Positions 56,708 to 58,875 of a stretch of 58,875 nucleotides of DNA are shown piece by piece. Position 1 is the first letter of the stretch. Every line of letters begins with the position of its first letter. The notes beneath the pieces are model-generated. The model was not told the origin of the DNA and did not search any database. It worked only from the letters and a program-made list of their open reading frames with translations. The position numbers were made by a program, and so were the translations under genes. Origin of the DNA: Anaerolineales bacterium (GTDB taxonomy: Bacteria > Chloroflexota > Anaerolineae > Anaerolineales > UBA11579); NCBI GenBank assembly GCA_016935415.1, contig JAFGRA010000318.1:1-58875 (forward strand), written 5' to 3'.

Positions 56708-57349
56708 ATGCATACATCAAGTCCCATTTTCAAAGTTCTGCTAATCGGCGGCACATCCCACACCGGCAAGTCAACACTCGCGGCTGCCCTGGCCGAACAG
56801 TTAGGCTGGCATGTTCGCACCACAGATACGCTGGCACGCCATCCGGGCCGACCCTGGCCCACACCTACCTGGTCAGTCCCACCTCACGTAAGCGAGCATT
56901 ATGCAACACTTTCGGTTAGAGAACTATTCGATGATGTACTGCGGCATTACCAAATCACCATTTGGCCCATGGCGAAAGCCCTAATCGAGTCATACGCTCA
57001 GAGCGATTCAGAAGCAGGTCTGGTGCTGGAAGGTTCTGCCCTCTGGCCGGAAAAAATCGTTACGTTAAAATTGGATAATGTCGGCGCACTCTGGCTGACA
57101 GCACCCCGCCACCTAATCGTAAAACGGATTTACGAAGAAAGCAAATACTTGCAAAAGACGCCATCCGAAAAAGAACTCATCGATAAGTTCGCCCAACGCG
57201 CCCTGCTGTTTAATGACCGCATGCTGCAAGCTGTCACCCGATTGGGATTAGCACACGTTGATATCAGCATCACTGACAATCTACCCCAACTTACTGGGTT
57301 GTGCTTACAACGCTTCGCTCCGCTTAAAAGATTTGACGAGGAACTGTAG
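56708..57349 (+). CDS. P-loop NTPase/kinase-like protein (2-phosphoglycerate-kinase/AAA_33-like)
   Basis: Walker A LLIGGTSHTGKSTLAAALA. Walker B-like GLVLEGSAL. Small single-domain size. Confidence 0.55.
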   Translation: MHTSSPIFKVLLIGGTSHTGKSTLAAALAEQLGWHVRTTDTLARHPGRPWPTPTWSVPPHVSEHYATLSVRELFDDVLRHYQITIWPMAKALIESYAQSDSEAGLVLEGSALWPEKIVTLKLDNVGALWLTAPRHLIVKRIYEESKYLQKTPSEKELIDKFAQRALLFNDRMLQAVTRLGLAHVDISITDNLPQLTGLCLQRFAPLKRFDEEL

Positions 57350-57504
57350 AGTGAATACAATTAGGCATATGGATTAATCGTTACAACATTGTACAAGGAG
57401 ATAGCACGACAAGTACGGTTTACTACGGATCACCACGCCAGGCGCGCCTGGAGGCCAAAGAAACTCTCCCCGCCAAACTCGACCTGATCCTCGAAAAACT
57501 GAAC

Positions 57505-58575
57505 GTGCGCGACCGGGTCAAGGACGAAGTTGTTGCCCTCAAGCTGCACGTCGGCAATAATATCGGTTACTCCACCATCCACCCGGTATTCGTGCGCAAG
57601 GTCGTTAACGCCATCAAGGAAGGCGGCGGCAAGCCCTTTGTCTGCGATGTAGATTGGGATGTTTCTGGAGCTGAGACGCGCGGCTATACCGCCGAAGTGC
57701 TCGGCTGCCCGGTCCTCCCGGTCGGCGGGATCGGCGACAAGTATTATTACGCCCACAAACGTCCCTTCAAGAACATCCAAGAATGGAAGGTGGCTGGATT
57801 GGTGCAAGACGCCACCTTTATGATCAATTTCGCCCATATCAAAGGGCATCCCAGTTGTGGTTTTGGCGGTGTGTTCAAGAACATCGCCCTGGGTTGTATG
57901 ATCGGTGAAACCCGCAGCACCATCCATGACACCTGCCACTATGAGCCATATTGGTTCAAGGATAAATGCCCGGATGAAGCCACTCGTAAAAAGCTCATCC
58001 AGGTTTGTCCTCATGGGGCAATAGTCGAGGACAAAAACGATCCCGAAGAGTTGCACCTGCACATTGAGCAATGCAACCAGTGCGGGCGCTGCCTGGAAGT
58101 TGCCCCGCCTGGAAGCCTAAAAATCGACGCCGCCAATTTCCACGTTTTCCAGGAAGCCTGCGCCAACAGCGTCGACATCACGCTTTCCACCTTTGAACCG
58201 GGCAAGATCACCAATCTGGCGCTGGCCACCCAAATGACCCCGGTCTGCGATTGCTTCGGTTTCACAGGCATGGCCGTCCTGCCGGATGCCGGCATCTTTG
58301 GCTCCGACGACATCGTCGCCCTCGACCAGGCCGTCCTCGACATGACCGGGAGGTCAAAACTGATCGAGGAGAACGTACCTACCTTCATGGAAGTTCACAC
58401 CCGCGAGGGCCATCCCTTCCAGGTGCTGCACGGCCCCTTGAAAGATCCGTACTTGGTTCTGGAGTATGGTGAGGCGTTGGGCCTGGGCAGCCGCGATTAT
58501 GAACTGATCGATATACTGCCAGTCGATGAGGTCGAATACGCCCCAATGGGCTACATCCCCGCCAGCGCAGACTGA
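57505..58575 (+). CDS. DUF362-domain protein with embedded 4Fe-4S ferredoxin-type motif
   Basis: VALKLHVGN..., GGKPFVCD, INFAHIKGH motifs of DUF362. CNQCGRCLEVAP and VCPHGAI Fe-S motifs. Coordinates follow the track GTG, but the true N-terminus probably lies near 57403-57412 (see findings). Confidence 0.7.
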   Translation: MRDRVKDEVVALKLHVGNNIGYSTIHPVFVRKVVNAIKEGGGKPFVCDVDWDVSGAETRGYTAEVLGCPVLPVGGIGDKYYYAHKRPFKNIQEWKVAGLVQDATFMINFAHIKGHPSCGFGGVFKNIALGCMIGETRSTIHDTCHYEPYWFKDKCPDEATRKKLIQVCPHGAIVEDKNDPEELHLHIEQCNQCGRCLEVAPPGSLKIDAANFHVFQEACANSVDITLSTFEPGKITNLALATQMTPVCDCFGFTGMAVLPDAGIFGSDDIVALDQAVLDMTGRSKLIEENVPTFMEVHTREGHPFQVLHGPLKDPYLVLEYGEALGLGSRDYELIDILPVDEVEYAPMGYIPASAD

Positions 58576-58599
58576 ACCCCACCGAATAAGTTTAAAGAA

Positions 58600-58638
58600 C
58601 AGAACCCTGAGAGCTTAGATTCAGGGTTCTGCTTTTTT
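58600..58638. terminator. Bidirectional intrinsic terminator between convergent genes
   Basis: AGAACCCTGA (58601-58610) / TCAGGGTTCT (58621-58630) 10-bp stem, followed by GCTTTTTT on the plus strand and preceded by an A-rich run that serves the minus strand. Confidence 0.75.
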
Positions 58639-58655
58639 AAATCTTTAGGTTTTCC

Positions 58656-58875
58656 CTATTTTGAGTTTTGCGCCTCTTTTTGTCGCTCACAAAGCTTAGT
58701 GAGCTTGTCAATGATCTTATCTCGCTCTGCTTCAGCGAGTTTTGCATCCTGCCAGATATTGCCAATTTCATCAGAGAGCCGATCATAACGCCATACGGCC
58801 ACCGAAGGATTTTCAATATATAATGCCCCTTCCCTATTTGCCCAAACAACGGCCGCATTCACAAATACATTTAGA
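58656..58875 (-). CDS. Hypothetical protein, C-terminal part (frame stays open to the right edge of the window)
   Basis: ...NAAVVWANREGALYIENPSVAVWRYDRLSDEIGNIWQDAKLAEAERDKIIDKLTKLCERQK. No stop between 58862 and the window end. Composition is more protein-like than the overlapping alternative ORF 58637-58858. Confidence 0.35.
   Translation of the reverse strand, partial: LNVFVNAAVVWANREGALYIENPSVAVWRYDRLSDEIGNIWQDAKLAEAERDKIIDKLTKLCERQKEAQNSK

Noticed and set aside
57430-58071. 213-aa minus-strand ORF
   Set aside because: Antisense to the DUF362 gene, which carries clear family and Fe-S motifs.

Overview
58.9 kb bacterial chromosomal window with about 50 protein genes, 2 tRNAs and no rRNA, CRISPR array, transposase, integrase or phage genes that I could see. 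PT-rich linkers, a DUF4012-like protein and many GT-C membrane glycosyltransferases suggest a monoderm Chloroflexota/Anaerolineae-like organism, but that is inference only. Layout: (1) A Pho block: a truncated pstS lipoprotein gene at the left edge preceded by a six-hexamer Pho-box-like array, phoR/phoB-type two-component genes, then envelope genes (DUF4012-like, two GT-C-like proteins, a MEMO-family protein, TerC, an SDR, tandem LysM-M23 peptidases), then pstSCAB. (2) tRNA-Val. (3) The most unusual feature: a 14-gene, about 16.7 kb co-directional minus-strand operon (19705-36391). It combines a polyprenyl synthase, UbiA prenyltransferase, geranylgeranyl-reductase-type flavoprotein, Wzx-like flippase, GT-C, two GT2, one GT1, an NAD epimerase/dehydratase, a SAM methyltransferase, a radical SAM/SPASM enzyme translationally coupled to a small Cys-rich ORF, a clan GH-A lipoprotein and a rifampicin-phosphotransferase-like PEP-dikinase. 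I do not recognise this combination as a characterised pathway. (4) An alpha/beta hydrolase - LarA-like (all nickel-pincer residues conserved) - FGGY kinase operon, plus treS and a LacI regulator flanked by palindromic operators. (5) A rel - moeA - VKOR - small Cys4/polyacidic protein operon, and tRNA-Asp. (6) FucI-family isomerase, another GT-C, methyltransferase, zinc-ribbon/wHTH protein, P-loop kinase and a DUF362 Fe-S protein. All family assignments come from motif recognition by eye. No database search was run.
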